A stretch of DNA of 64,000 bases from Eledone cirrhosa (GCA_964016885.1 OZ024742.1:124310001-124374000), one strand, 5' to 3'; positions 1 to 14,167 are shown, counted from the stretch's first letter. The notes: generated from the sequence alone by a model not told the origin. A program made the numbers and translations.

Positions 1-1328
1 TGAGAGCTTTGCAGCCCCCGTCTTGGACGTGTGGTCTACCCGCTGGCCATCTGCTCCACCATCAGGTCCAGGTTTCAACAACTTCAGACGCTCACGAGCT
101 ATCTGGGCTTCATCGACGGCCACACAGCTCTCTTTCTGTTGAGGAACTGCTTCGCCATGCCGAAACTCCTCTATACACTTCGCATCGACCCGTGCTAGAC
201 CCACACATCTCTCCTCGCTGACTTCGATACTTGTATCTTAGCAGCAGCCGAAGAAACATGCAACGTCAAGTTTGACGACACTGGATGGCAACAAGCCACT
301 TTACCTGTCAGGTATGGCGGCCTTGGCCTCCGGTCGCCGTCTCGCTTGCTTTGCCGGCGTATCTTTCGTCGATAACCTCGTGCCGCGTCCTCGTCATCAG
401 GGTTCTTCAAAACACAATAGAACCCTCTGTGTGGCAGAGAATGTGAGGACGCCTGTGAGACGTGGGACCGGCTGGGACTTAGCCCAGTAGAAGTCTCTCC
501 TCCTTCTCCCCCTGTTAACGTCAAGTCCCCCAAAGCACTTGGGACGCCATTCAGTGCAGCCTGGCGTCAGACAGGCTCACGCGCCAGCTCGATCAGCACC
601 GCCTTGCCTGCTTTCGTGCGGCCTCGAAACCCCACAGTGGTGCCTGGCTCCATGCCCTGCCCTCATTTTCCACAGGCATGCAGCTAGACAATAATAGCCT
701 GCGCATTGGTGTTTCCTTGAGACTCGGCCTCCGGATCTGCGAGCCACACCAATGTCGCTGCTGATCCACTGTGGACTATTTCGCCCTGCACCCGCTTACC
801 TGTCGCCACAGGGCCGCCGCATTCCACGCCATGCTGCCTTCAACGAGGTCATAAAGCATGGCTTGGACGCTGTAGGCTTCCCTTCCCAGCTCGAGCTGGT
901 GGGGCTTGACGGAGAGGACGGCAAAAGGCCAGTTGGCATGACCATCTTTCTGTTCCGCGGTGGCAAACCCCTTGTCTGGTATGCTACTTGCACCGACACT
1001 TTCTGCAGCCGCAACCTGGGTGCAGTCTGCGACTAACCCAGGTTCTGCTGCAAGTCCAGCTGAGGATGCCAAACTCCTCAAATACCGGTCGCTCTCCGAC
1101 AGGTTTGCGGTTGTACCCCTGGCAGTGGAGACTTCTGGTGACCTCGGCCCTAGGGCTACCTCCCCACTCACCACCATAGGCGCTGAGCTGGCCAGCCGCA
1201 GGTGTGAACCCCGCGAGCTGGAGTGGCTTTTCCAGCGCGTCTCCCTTGTCTCCCTCCGGGGGAACGCCTTCTCCATACTGTCCGCCCGGGCTGTGAGGGG
1301 GCCCCATCTCGTAACATTCCATATTTAA
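1..1328 (+). mobile_element. Decayed non-LTR retrotransposon 3' portion, CRE-like, with restriction-like endonuclease; truncated by the window start
   Basis: GC-rich block. Frameshifted translation gives LPVRYGGLGL, HSGAWLHALP, LRLG..CEPHQCRC, RHAAFNEVI, GKRPVGMT..VWYATCTDTF, AEDAKLLKY, VPLAVETSG and FQRVSLVSLRGNA, the typical C-terminal motif series of CRE-clade RLE elements. Confidence 0.85.
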
Positions 1329-2270
1329 GTATGTACAATACAACCATCATTCTGAATTTGCTTTTATTCAATGTATTTGTTAGTTATGGCGGCGAATTCA
1401 CATTTCACACACACACACCTATATATATATCTATATACATATAATATATGTATATATGCCTAATTGACTCTCTTTCTGTCTGTAAATGTAATAATTAAAT
1501 GGGTGGTTCAAACATATTTGGCGCCACGAATTCAAATCTTCCAATGTGTTCCAAAGTACAGAAATATAGAGCTATGATCAAACCAAATACTTTTAAAACC
1601 TCTTACAAGGGCGATATTTATTTCAGAAAATAATTTCAGATTTTCTATTAAAAGATACAAAGATATTGGGTGTGCAAACTGGTTGTGATATTAAATTCCA
1701 TAAACGTGCATTCATTTAATAAAAATGCAGAAGTGAGCTGGAAACGAAAATAATTCTATATTTTGTATAGTCTATCTTGTCTGCAAAGTGTATTATATTG
1801 CTCAAACCACTAACTATTTATCTGAACGAATCAGAATACCCAAACAAGAGATATGAAACCCAGAACTAATGAACATCCCACTTTACGAACGGTTGGAAAA
1901 TTGCGTGAATTGTAAATTCAAAATATTCCCTTTTAATTCAAAATACCAAATAGAAATAGCGAACTATTATATAAATAAATTCACTACGTAAGTTCATCAT
2001 AATTGCTTTAAAACATACACCTCAGATGAAATAGAAAAACAAAGAGCGAAAGTAGTAAGGTCCCGGAAAAAATGAGAAGATAACACATGCACGTATTTAT
2101 ATATAAAATGTCTATATATATAAAGAGATCTGAAATATGAAGGCGCTGTATATAAATTATAAACACTGTTTTGTTATGTTTTGGGCTCAAGTAATACACT
2201 GTCTTATTACTTCTGACGATTACACTTTATTTATATATTATTATGTGCACTACCAAATACAGTTATATAT

Positions 2271-4564
2271 GGTGGCTGCCAACTCGTTTTCGAGTGCGGC
2301 CACTACTTTATATCCATGTAGGAGAACCCCTACTGATGCGCTGAACGAGTGTGACTTTTAGTTCAGCCAGCGACTTGAAAACTCTGGTACAAACACTACA
2401 CTTGTGGCAATTACTGACACATTGTGTTGGGCACATTGTATCCTGTGATGACAAGTGCAGAGAGATCTCCAGATATAAAGCAATGCCTGTGCCGTGAAGA
2501 TTTTATAGTGAGCAAATGCACTGCACAAAGCCAGTCTCACTCTCTTAACCAAGATGATATTTACGAAAAAGAAGAACACGTCAACATCATTGGATACCAT
2601 CAGGGTTGCAGGTGCTATATCAGAGTTGTCCTTCTCCTGGAATTCTGCCTTGACAAAGGCTAAGTGGTCATCTCTTCCGGTGATTTTGGATGGCCATTGA
2701 CTCTTAAGAGCTCCTTTGCCCTTTGACAGGTTTTCTTTTTAGTCCTGCAGGATGTCCAAATTCACCCTCCTCACCAAGAAACCTTGGTGGGGTTGCACAT
2801 ACATACATACCTACATACTTACATACATACTTACATATATACATATATACCTATATACCTACATACACACATACATACCTACATATATACATACATACAC
2901 ACATACCAACATATATACATACATACACACATACATACCTACATATATACATACATACCTACACATACCTACATACATACACATACCTACATATATACAT
3001 ACCTACATCCACACCTACATATATACATACCTACCTACACACATAATACATACACAGACAAAAAGGTGCAAACTGTTTAAATTCCAGTTCACCCGCACCA
3101 ACTCAACCCACCCCCTATCACCCCCATTCCAGACCTACAATAAATATATACAGTTATATATACATATATGCATACATACATACTTACATACGTACTTACA
3201 TACATATATACGTACTTATATACATAAATATATACATACGTACTTACATGGTGGCTGCCAACTCGTTTCCGAGTACGGCCACTACTTTATATCCATGTAG
3301 GAGAACCCCTACCGATACGCTGAAGGAGTGTGACATTTTAGTCCAGCCAGCGACTTGAAAACTCTGGTACAATTATTGACACATAGGGCTGGGCCCATGG
3401 TACCGTGTGACAACAAGTGCAGAGAGATCTCCAGATATAAAGCAATGCCTGTGCCGTGAAGCTTTTATAGTGAGCAAATGCATTGCACAAAGCCAGTCCC
3501 ACTCTCTTAACCAAGATGATATTTACCAAAAAGAAGAACAAGTCAACATCATTGGATACTATCAGGGTTGCAGGTGCTATATCAGAGTTTTCCTTCTCCT
3601 GGAATTCTGCCTTGACAAAGGCTAAGGGGTCATCTCTTCTGGTGATTTTGGATGGCCATTGACTCTTAAGAGCTCCTTTGCCCTTTGACAGGTTTTGTTT
3701 TTAGTCCTGCAAGATATCCAAATTCACCCTCCTCACCAAGAAACCTTGGTGGGGTTGCACATACATACATACCTACATATATACATACATACTTACATAT
3801 ATACATATATACCTATATACCTACATACACACATACATACCTACATATATACATACATACATACACACATACCTACATATATACATACATACACACATAC
3901 ATACCTACATATATACATACATACCTACACATACCTACATACATACATACACATACCTACATATATACATACATACCTACATCCACACCTACATATATAC
4001 ATACCTACCTACACACATAATACATACACAGACAAAAAGGTGCATACTGTTTAAATGCCAGTTCACCCGCACCAACTCAACCCAACCCCATCACCCCCAT
4101 TCCAGACCTCCAATAAATATATAAAGTTATATATACATATATGCATACATCCACACTTATATACGTACTTACATACATGGTGGCTGCCAACTCGTTTTCG
4201 AGTACGGCCACTACTTTATATCCATGTAGGAGAACCCCTACCGATACGCTGAACGAGTGTAACATTTTAGTCCAGCCAGCGACTTGAAAACTCTGGTACA
4301 ATTATTGACACATAGTGCTGGGCCCATGGTACCGTGTGACAACAAGTGCAGAGAGATCTCCAGATATAAAGCAATGCCTGTGCCGTGAAGCTTTTATAGT
4401 GAGCAAATGCAGTGCACAAAGCCAGTCCCACTCTCTTAACCAAGATGATATTTACCAAAAAGAAGAACAAGTCAACATCATTGGATACTATCAGGGTTGC
4501 AGGTGTTATATCAGAGTTTTCCTTCTCCTGGAATTCTGCCTTGACAAAGGCTAAGGGGTCATCT
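2271..4564 (-). repeat. Tandem triplication (units start 2271, 3250, 4179; third is truncated) of a ~0.95 kb unit: RTE-like 3' end plus (CATA)n microsatellite
   Basis: Three near-identical blocks begin ggtggctgccaactcgttt. Minus-strand consensus encodes a C2H2-like CSVCTRVFKSLAGLKCHTRSAH*, then gtggccgtactcggaaacgagttggcagccacc and an (ATGT)n tail. The RTE assignment is from recalled similarity only. Confidence 0.7.
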
Positions 4565-5856
4565 TGCATACATTCATACAACCCTTCCTTCCTATGTTTC
4601 ACAGCCCCTCCCTTTCCTTCTCAATATATCTCTTTCATGTTTTTCTGTCGTTCTCTATTATAGAGTTTCGTTGTGCTGCTTGTCAACCTTCAGTTGATGA
4701 ATACATTGTAAGATTAATGGGCATTAATGATGTTTTAGAAGCTGGAGAATGATATAACCTTCACCTCAAATAAATATTTGAAATATTTTCATAATTATGG
4801 AATGAAATGCTTGCCAATTGACGGGCGTTAAATGTAATATTGAACGAACGTATTTCCGTTAAAATGAAATTCCGTTCATTTAGCAACATAAAACAAAATA
4901 ATAATAATTTCATAAAATTTATGTACCCTCACCCAGACATTTGATTCCGTCACAGCATGTTCTCCGTTAACATTCTACTAGGATGGATTGGTTATTCTCT
5001 CATGCTGCGTTGTTCAACGAAGCACCACTTTTTCTCGTGCATGTACGAGAACATCTTATTTATTTATGATGTTTAATATATTTACGCTATACTCTTTCAT
5101 TTATAACACCTCCTCTCTCAAAGCAATTCTTTATTGGTATGATCCAATATTGAAATATTCGACTACACACACCGTATTATAACGGAGATTTCTACATGTA
5201 TAGCCGCATTTTGAATTTATGTATATACAAAATGACCTGTCCACTCCAAATGTTAGGAGAATCAACAAGCCGTAAATAATTCTGGTTAATTTGCATATAA
5301 AATTTAGTCGGCACTACACATATTGCTAGTAATTCTCACGGTCCTGGGCCCTGACATTGGGCATGACAGACTACCATATAGCATATATTCATTTGTGTAA
5401 GTCAGAAATAAGGAGTCTTGTTATTCTGGTGATTTGCCTGTTTATCACGGGGTCATTAGAGTAGACACACACACGCACACATATTGTTGATTATCAATCA
5501 ACAAATTCAATTCTATAACAGATTTTAAACACTCTACAAGATTTTATCTGGAATATTATTAACATTGTTAATATATATATACATTTGTGTGTGTAGAGAG
5601 AGAGACAGATAGATACTAAATTTAGATTTACTCAATACATATGAAATATATATTGCTTTTGTTTCTCACTATGAAGGTTCCATGAACATTAACTCAGAGA
5701 ATCAGTTATACAAAACTTTTAAGCGATGTATGAAATACTATTAATACACTGAATTGACAATATAGATGTAGATTATTTTATATATCGCTTAAGCAGTATG
5801 TATATATATATATAAGTAAGTTGAACCGGTTTGTGGGGCTAGGGCAAGCCTCAACG

Positions 5857-5883
5857 ATATATATATATATATATATTATTACT

Positions 5884-5918
<35 letters not shown>

Positions 5919-5924
5919 TATTAC

Positions 5925-5984
<60 letters not shown>

Positions 5985-5987
5985 ACT

Positions 5988-6083
<96 letters not shown>
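5857..6083. repeat. Interrupted (TA)n microsatellite at the PLE 3' junction
   Basis: Direct reading. Confidence 0.95.
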
Positions 6084-6084
<1 letters not shown>

Positions 6085-8043
6085 CGGCGATGAATTAGTT
6101 TTGCGAGGTTTTTTATATGAAATCGTGTGTCGAAACAGATATTGTTATATTTGGGGAGGGTCATATTTGCGTAATATTGCCAGAATTAATAACAGAACAC
6201 ACTCACTGTTTGGTTGGTTTTCGCTTCTCGCTGTCTTTTATATATATATATCTGCGATCTAACTTACTCGGTCCTCAATGTTGCCATTGACTGACCGGCG
6301 GTCAAAAATAATACAGATACAATATAGACACAAACACATATATATAGTTTACATAATTTACATAAATATTTCGTTGCACATCTGCAACATCGTCAGTGGT
6401 GTTATATTCATTGTTCCTCCTGTTGTGTTCTATGTCTACGCCATTTTTTTTTTTTTTTTTGTTCAGTCTGTCTATATATTTATTTATTTATTTGCTTGTT
6501 TGTTTATCTTATTTTATTTTGTCTTCTTTGCGCATGCGTTTGCGTGTGTGTATAGTGTTATGTGTGATGTGTGACTAGTGTGTATAGTGTTGTGTCTGCT
6601 GCGTGACTAGTGTGTGTTTATGTGCTTGTTGTTATTGTGCTTGTGTATGTATTTATTTATCTTATTTTATTTAATTTTATTTACTTATTTATACTTCTCT
6701 TAGGTCAGTGTTGTTTGTTTGGGTGTTGTTGTTGTTCCACTCATTCTTTCTGTTTAATTTTGGTCTTCTAATTTCTATTTCACTGGCCTCTCTGATTTGC
6801 CTATCTGCTGGATCATTCCTATGTTTAGATATTATTCTAATTTCTATGTTGTCTATGTTACCGTCATGTTGTTGTCTAGCATGTTCGTATAGTACTGACC
6901 CGGTTTTTCGTCCTTTTAGTTCCCCCCAGTGTTGGTCTATCCTTTCACCTATGCTACGAGCTGTCTCACCTATGTATTTTGTTGTCATGTTTCTGCAAGT
7001 ACCCTCTGCACATCTTATGCTATAGACTACGTTTCTAGTTTTACAGTTTATCCGGGGTTCACCTTACATATGATACATTTCCTATTGGTACAGTGGGTTT
7101 TCTTAAAAGGGTAGGTTTTGCTGATCAGGGATTTTATGGTGGTTCCTGGCTTTTCTACCACCTTTATTTTTAAGTGGGTCTTTCTCAGGGCCTTTCTACA
7201 CTGGTTAGCTAATTTCCCTCCAGGGGTGGCGTCCACAAACATGACACTCTGATATCTCTGGTTGTCGTACCATGATGTGGCCTTCCCTATCTTATGTCTA
7301 GCCCTATCTAAGCTATTCCATGATTTGCTCCTGTATAGTGGGCAAATTCCCTTCATGTCCAGTTCTATGAGGGTCTTATACTTTTCCATGGCTCCTTCGT
7401 ATACTCTGACTCTGTCTCTTTGGTTGTAGCCAGAGAACTGCATGCGGTTGATGAAGTGTTGGATGTGTCCTTCCATTTCTGTTGGGTCGCACATGCTGGA
7501 CACATTCTTCATCACTCGTACCAAATCTGCGATCAGAATATTAAACTTAGCACTACTGGACATTGCTGAGTTTTTGAGTATCAGGTATTTGGAGGCCATG
7601 GGTTTAGTATAGTGTGAGTGGAGAATTTGGGCTCTCTCGTCTATAGTGTTAATCCAGAGTTCTGTGTCTAATACAGGTAGTCTATTGTTAGGGTGTTTGG
7701 AAGGGAAGTCTATAGTTACAGTTATACTCTGGTGTATGGAATTAGCTATCTGCTGGATGCTTTCCATCGTGCTACGTTCTAAATCAAACTTGTTAGTGCT
7801 CTCTAGTGGGGGTGTTCTTATAACTATATTGATATCGTCTACATAACGAGAGTACATGATGAGGTCTATGGAGCTTTCATTAAGGAGATCTTTAAGTCTC
7901 CTTTCCCACCATACCATGAAAAGGTTGGCAACATCACCAGCTATGCTGACGCCGATGGCTGCTCCCTCATTTTGGGTGTAGATTTTCTCATTGAACTTAA
8001 ATATGTGGCCCTTTAGGGTAGTTTTGATACTAGCCCCTATTGC
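6084..8043 (-). mobile_element. 5'-truncated Penelope-like element: RT, Cys linker, GIY-YIG endonuclease, 3' UTR and pseudo-LTR
   Basis: RT motifs QNEGAAIG and YSRYVDD (ORF 7048-7917 extends upstream to ~8040); linker CTNRKCIIC; one frameshift near 7048; then NVVYSIRC...KYIGETARS..R..QH..H..H..E..N.KNEW (6689-7040). The 3' tail abuts (TA)n. Confidence 0.92.
6361..6402 (-). ncRNA. Hammerhead ribozyme motif in the PLE pseudo-LTR
   Basis: Minus strand reads CTGACGA-t-gttgca/gatg/tgcaac-GAAA-tat-TT. Core and stem II are good; stem I is weak. Confidence 0.6.
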
Positions 8044-8077
8044 ATAGGGGCTAGTATCAAAACTACCCTAAAGGGCC
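8007..8077. repeat. Perfect 34-bp-arm hairpin at the PLE 5' truncation point
   Basis: ggccctttagggtagttttgatactagcccctat-tgc-ataggggctagtatcaaaactaccctaaagggcc. Confidence 0.95.
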
Positions 8078-8545
8078 GTCTATCTCAACTTCATGCTTGC
8101 ACCCTTAGTAGCCGCACCCTACTCCCATATATCTGAAAACAACCACGCTCTTCCTCACTTTGCGTCTTACCTCTTTTCACCTGGCCCCACTGCCTTCTTT
8201 TCACCCTCAACGTAAAATGCCTCTACACGGTGATCCCTAGACCAGAGAGAGACCTACGACACCTGCAATATTTCCTTGATCTTCAGTCCTCCTTTCAACC
8301 CTCAACCTCCACCATCACGCACCTTGCCAAGCTAGTCTTTACGCTTAAGTGCTTTTCCTTCAAGGAAGAGTTCTATATACCGGTAACTGGGGTGGCCATG
8401 AGTACACGAATGGACTCCAACTACACCAACCCATTCGTCGGTTACGTTGAGGCATAAATGTTTGCCTAGTACATTGGCCCCCTCTCCAAGCTATACGGCC
8501 GTTATATTTACGGCTTTATCGGTGGCATATCACTCACCTGAGAAC
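8078..8545 (+). mobile_element. Decayed RT fragment of a second PLE family (Neptune-like by inference)
   Basis: LFTLNVKCLYTVIP...LVFTLKCFSFKEEFY..VTGVAMSTRMDSNYTNPFVGYVE...LYGRYI matches PLE RT motifs A, B and C with degraded catalytic Asp residues and in-frame stops. Confidence 0.8.
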
Positions 8546-8586
8546 CCCCCCCCCCCACACACACACGCACACAGACACACACACAC

Positions 8587-8624
<38 letters not shown>

Positions 8625-9959
8625 GGCAAGCAGGAGAATGGTTAACGCTTGAGATCGTGTGGAATGGAGATAGGGGTTAAGGCATGCTATGTATACTGGA
8701 TAATAAACGTTAAATTGTATTTATATATTGAAAGAATGATGCATGAACAAGCCACATAACCCTACATTCAATGCCGTAGCCTTTCAATGTGTTCATAATT
8801 TATATACATATTCTGCTAAAAATATTGATACCCTTATATTCGATTATTAATATATACTTGATATATTTATTGGAATGCATTGTAATTGAAGATCCTCGTT
8901 GTAAAGGTGCCTTAGCTACACGAAATTAATATGCATTAAAACTAAATGAATTCAAAAGTGTTTGAAATCACAATTTTTCCGATAGTGCCTAAATAAATAG
9001 TTCAATTTAGTACCGATTTTTAATTGCATACAGGTAATTTCTCAACATCATCAATATTTTAGTTGTTATGTAATTGAGAAAATATATTTTGGCTTCAATA
9101 TTATAAATGTCAATATAAAGGAGAATATCTTGTGATATTACATAGAATGTAATATCCTTGTATGGAGTTACTGTTCCGTTCCGAAGCTGCAATTTTCTTC
9201 CTTTCATTGAGAACGATGCCAAATTAAGTGTTTATATGTTTGTCTATTTGATACTCAATTGTGAACTTTATTATATATAGCACTATTTTGTTATGCTTAA
9301 GTACTTAGATGCAGTAAGTCTGCACATTGGGGATATGGTCAGTCAAAGAAGGCAACAGCTGGGGATTCAAACCTTACTCACTTAACGCCCCGGAAACCGG
9401 GAAAAACACCTGCCTGATGGTCCTCCGGGCTCGATACATACTTTAGATTTTCAGATGGACTTACGAACCATGATAAAATCGTGTGATGTACGTAGCCATA
9501 TTGGTTGTTCACTCTAGGAGATACAATATAGACAATTTTAACAATGGAATATATTTGTGGAATTTTCAGAACTGCTAACATTGCGTGGTCCCTCTAATTC
9601 TCCCTTGTTATACTCTCTTGTAGATAATGCACTCTTTTCTCTTAATCTTAATTAATATCAATTATTTATATTATCATATGTTGTGTGGTTAAGATGTGCT
9701 AGCCAAAATTGGGTTCATTTATATTGATGACATCGTTGCACCTAAATGCTTTTCATGATGTTAAAAATGATTATGATTATTTTTATTGTAGTCAATTTCA
9801 CTCCCCACCGTCCAGGATTTATAAGATATAATGTCATACAAGATTCCAAGAACTGGGATAGATATCTTTGACGAATCACTAGCCTAAAATATTTGGGCTG
9901 GGCTGCGCTGGTGTGTATATTAAAAATCATTATTTATATTATTTTATTGCCCTCGTATT

Positions 9960-10300
9960 TATGATGTTTGGAAAGTTGTTTACGGAGTCTTGAAAAATGC
10001 CCAAAAATTTCTCTTGAGATACGGCGATTCTTGCGCATTTCTAAAACCCTGGGGAAATCCATCTCCTCTCCAGGTCTGAATACAGCAGATTTCTTCCAGA
10101 GAAGGATTGAGATTGAGAGAATGGAAGCGATAAAGAAATATGGAGGAATAATTGCCTCCCATTACTGGATTGGTATCTTTTTATCGACCTCGAATGGAGA
10201 AAAGGCAAAGTTTCCACCAGCGGGGTTTAAATTCAAAGAGCAGAAATGAATATTGCAAATAATTGTATCTGACATTATAGCGACTCTACCAAATCGCCTC
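9960..10300 (-). mobile_element. tRNA-derived SINE variant with a distinct 3' body
   Basis: The head at 10165-10300 resembles the common SINE. The body ccaggtctgaatacagca..ttcttccaga is shared with 20945-21210. Confidence 0.6.
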
Positions 10301-10734
10301 CTTCATAATTGCTCCTAGTTTCAGTTAATATCATTACCATTCATGTTGGTTTTAGTACAGTTACATTTAGAATCCTCATAGCCTATTTTTATTCTACTAA
10401 CGTTATAATCTTTCGTTCTATTGTCAGGAATACACACACTATTATCTATGTCTCCTAGTTTGCCATACATACCAAATATTACACTATTTCGCTTACATTT
10501 ATGAGTTATTGTTGTGAAAACTATTTACTAAAGAGTTTTGTTTGTTTTTTCTCACTCAGTTATTTCCAGACTTATGCCCTTTCCTACTTGTTTCCCAGTC
10601 ATTGCGCCTCCCCAACATGTGTGTGCTTCATATCAATGTATAATATATATTTATTATAATTGTTATTCAAAATTGCATTAGTATTGGATTAGATGACGTG
10701 GATAGCAGAAACGGCAGTGCACCAGAAATATTGA

Positions 10735-10950
10735 TTTCTAATTTAACGACAAGGACATAAAATTTAGAGTCAGGTGGAAGTTGATTAAATCAACTTCAAT
10801 ATTTAACTGATACTACATTTCATCACTCCTGAAATATGAAAGTCAAAGATGCGTTCTGCAGGTTTCGAATTCAGATCAGAATGTAAAGAGTCAGATCAAA
10901 TACTGTAACAGCAATTTATCCGTAATAACATTTCCGTCAATACAGCACAC
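10735..10950 (-). mobile_element. Highly diverged copy of the common tRNA-derived SINE
   Basis: Degenerate match to the tactttattttatcgacccc..atgaaaggcaaagt..gaactcaga motif series. Confidence 0.5.
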
Positions 10951-12114
10951 TTTATCATCAGAAACATTTCCCTATTTCATTTTAATTGACTATTTGGGAT
11001 CATAATATAAATTACGAAAGAGATAAGCAATCATTCTGGATTGTTTGATTAATTATCAACAATATGTCTGTTGTTTTGAATGTGCTATGACCTAACCATA
11101 AATACTTATAATAAAATTATTTGAAGGGTGACTATTTCATTTGTTACTTCACCTACGACTAAAATGTCAGAAGCTTCCGTTATTTGTAAGACGTCGGAAT
11201 ATTTTGTTCACGTTGATGTGATTATTACTTGCTCATCGAGCTACCATTTCGTGACTAACACGGACTCTAGCATACCTATTTGTAAGGACATCTGTAAATT
11301 CAATTCAATAAATTTTCTCTCAAAACTATTGTCTGACTCGAAACTTAGAAACTATTACTTTACGTCTTCTGCCCTAGAAACACATGCAGTCTTTAGAAAT
11401 TAATTACAAAAGCAATTTATATTGTTTTCATTATATGATTCCTCTCTAAATTAGCATACTAACAATTACAGATAAACTAGTATTTTGAGACTATAAAGTC
11501 TAGTTTTGATTTGTCTCCCTTTCATTAATCTTCTAACGATCAATCCTAGATATGTTATCACTTGTCATTTTCTCTAGTGGTGAAATCTCCGTAGTACCTC
11601 ACATTAGACCAGAATAATTCTCTAATTTTTCTTATTCGACAGTTCAAATTCATACGTCCCTAGACGTTACACTATAATTTACATCATATTCTTTTGATTG
11701 TCTTCCCTAACACAATATAGATTTGCTTTAATGGCTGTTATTCGTCTCGTTGTTTAGCACAATTACATCTCAGTATAAGAAATTCTATAATCAATTGCAT
11801 TTTATTCCTGATTATACAGTCTTCCTTTGTCGAGTATGTTGTTAAATATATTATAGTCTTATGACTGTTGAGCTTGAATTGATAGATATGTGACGGCTGT
11901 TTCTCGCTGGTCGAGTGGCAACGGCAGAGTCCCTCGGAGTGTGAAACCACGTTTATATCCCAAGACAATCCATACCGGCTGTTATGTTTATAATCAATCC
12001 ATTTCACTTATATTTTCCTAAACAATAGAGAAAATCCATAGAGAATTATTTTCGTAATCATCAAAACCTGATTCATATTCTTCTTGTAGGTACCATGCAA
12101 TTTATAAGAGATAT

Positions 12115-12450
12115 AGGCGTCGTGGGGCCGAGACGTTAAGAAGTTTTCTTCATAATAATGAGGTGTGTGTTTCGATTCCACGTAGACGTGCGTGGCCTAC
12201 TGTTAATTGTGCTGGACTTAAGATCATAATGTCGTGGGCGTGATTCCTTGAATGGGTTATATGCTATGTTCTTGAGCAAAACATTACATATTATGTTGCT
12301 CCAATATAATCAGCTAAAAAGAATCACCAACAATAGCTAGAGGATTTAAACCTGCGCTGGACTGGCGTTCTGTCCAGGGAGTCTCTTGTACTCTCAGGTA
12401 CAGAAACCGGTATAAGCAGTGGTCCGATGAGCTTCCGGGATTGAGACAGC
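12115..12450 (+). mobile_element. tRNA-derived SINE with a V-domain-like block
   Basis: A/B-box-like head, tgttcttgagcaaaaca, then cctgcgctggactggcgttctgtccaggg and cagaaaccggtataagc, resembling V-SINE consensus as recalled. Confidence 0.55.
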
Positions 12451-12924
12451 CATTATAGCTATATTTTGCTCGCCCTGCAAAGCCCCTCAAATTAGATGTG
12501 ATTTAGCCTCAATATTGAGTTAACCCGAGCTAAGTGCGCACGGAAGCCCATCTGATGACATAAGTCTATGAAGCAATGGGCCAAATGTGTCACATACTGT
12601 GTAACCATGAATTCAATAGACCATTACGTTAAAAGTTCAAGGTATAATGAATATTCAGCCTTTATTTTACATGTTAATGTAAAGAACATGTCATGACATT
12701 TGACAAAAGAACGGGACAATTTAGTGTGAGATTCATGTGGTTTGTCTATATGTAATTTCTTGGTCCAATCATAGTTCTGTCTAATACTGCTATCATGTAA
12801 AGAAGTACAAGCTGCTTCATGTTTGGGTGATCGGTGACGAACCAGTTTCCCCACTAGATAATAGTCTCGTAAGGAGAGTACGTGGAACCGTAGTAGCACA
12901 AAAAATAGCAAGAGTTGTTAAACG

Positions 12925-13095
12925 TTCGGATGAACTCCACCCCAATTATGGGTTAAATAATCTCACCAAACCGCAACTGGACAAGTGTGATGGGTACACA
13001 CCACATATGACGAAAACCAAACAGATAGCGGTGGAGGTCGACCAGGGAGGGCTCTGGTACCAGGAGTGAGAAATCCCTGAAATGGATTGGAATTT
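12925..13095 (+). repeat. Unclassified interspersed repeat, homologous to 59490-59665
   Basis: ccaccccaa..aaata.ctcaccaa.cc.caa..agcggtgga.gt.gacca.gga.ggg..atggattgga occurs at both loci in opposite orientation. Confidence 0.65.
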
Positions 13096-13462
13096 GTTGT
13101 AGTATGTTCGGTCTGTGTGCATCTGTCCTGCAAATATCAGGCTTTTCATCTTGCTGACATTTATGAGTGCTTTAGTATCAAGCATATTATCTTAAACTAT
13201 TGCCATGATTTATGTTTATCAACTCAAACATCTCCAGAAAGAAACTGACCATAGATTTTCATTTGTTTCCCGTTCAATTTGTTTCAAGCGATCTCGTCTT
13301 AAAATCCTTTGATATCATTTCCTTTTCAGTTTGATTATTCCTGTTTGCTTAATCTATCCTTACACCATTCACACTATTACGTATATTCTTCAAGCAAAAT
13401 GTCCTTTCTTTTAACTGATTACAATTTGCACACGACCAACTGAAATTCTTGCAAATAATCAA

Positions 13463-13630
13463 GTGGGCTTAGTAGTTAGGGAATATGATTCGCAATCGTG
13501 TGTTGCAAGTTCGATTCCCTTACTGGACGATGTGTTATGTCATCGAACAAGACATTTAGTTCACGTTACTCTTTCAGCCAGAACTTGCTACCAGTATAAA
13601 CTATCAGTAATGGGAAGACCAATGGAAACA
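13463..13630 (+). mobile_element. Old tRNA-derived SINE fragment
   Basis: gtgggcttagtagttagg (A box-like), gcaagttcgattccc (B box-like), then aacaagacattt. Confidence 0.5.
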
Positions 13631-14167
13631 TTGTTTTATTGCTCCGATTTAAATATTTCTACGATACTCGGTAGCGAGTGAGGTTTGGGATCTTTTTGAT
13701 CGATTCGACCATTCACCATTCATATATACATCTCTTTATAGTTATAACGCTACACACAATCATACGTTACTAATTTACTTATCTAAGTTAACCTTCTTTT
13801 CGTTATTTTTCTTTTGGGATGATTCTTCTCTTGTACTTCAAAATACATATAGCTGAAGTTTTATATTCATTCTTAGCAAATAGATTAAGTTTATAAATAA
13901 ATTGATGAGTTAATTTAATTGTGTGCCGTTTCTATTACATCTGTCTATATAGTTTCTAATCATTCTATTATCCGGAAATGAAGTATTACGTATTAGGAAC
14001 TTTATGATTGACCATACTGTCATAATATTATGTTACGTACAGTAATCAAATCTATAATTGATTCTCAATATCGTTAAAACTTTGCATTGGACAATATTTC
14101 TGGTATATATTTGCTCTCTAAATGCATACACCACTACAAGAAAAAGAAATGCTGATGCTGCTGATGA

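Noticed and set aside
195-1343. Minus-strand ORFs over the GC-rich block
   Set aside because: Antisense shadows of the plus-strand CRE-like element.
2271-4564. HDV-like or hammerhead ribozyme in the tandem unit, or a CRISPR-like array
   Set aside because: Hairpins are present, but no complete HDV pseudoknot or HHR core conserved across copies could be assembled. The units are ~1 kb with no repeat-spacer structure.
11738-12007. 89-aa minus ORF near an acceptor-like pyrimidine tract
   Set aside because: GTG start, stops in all frames shortly after the putative acceptor, and no recognisable motif.
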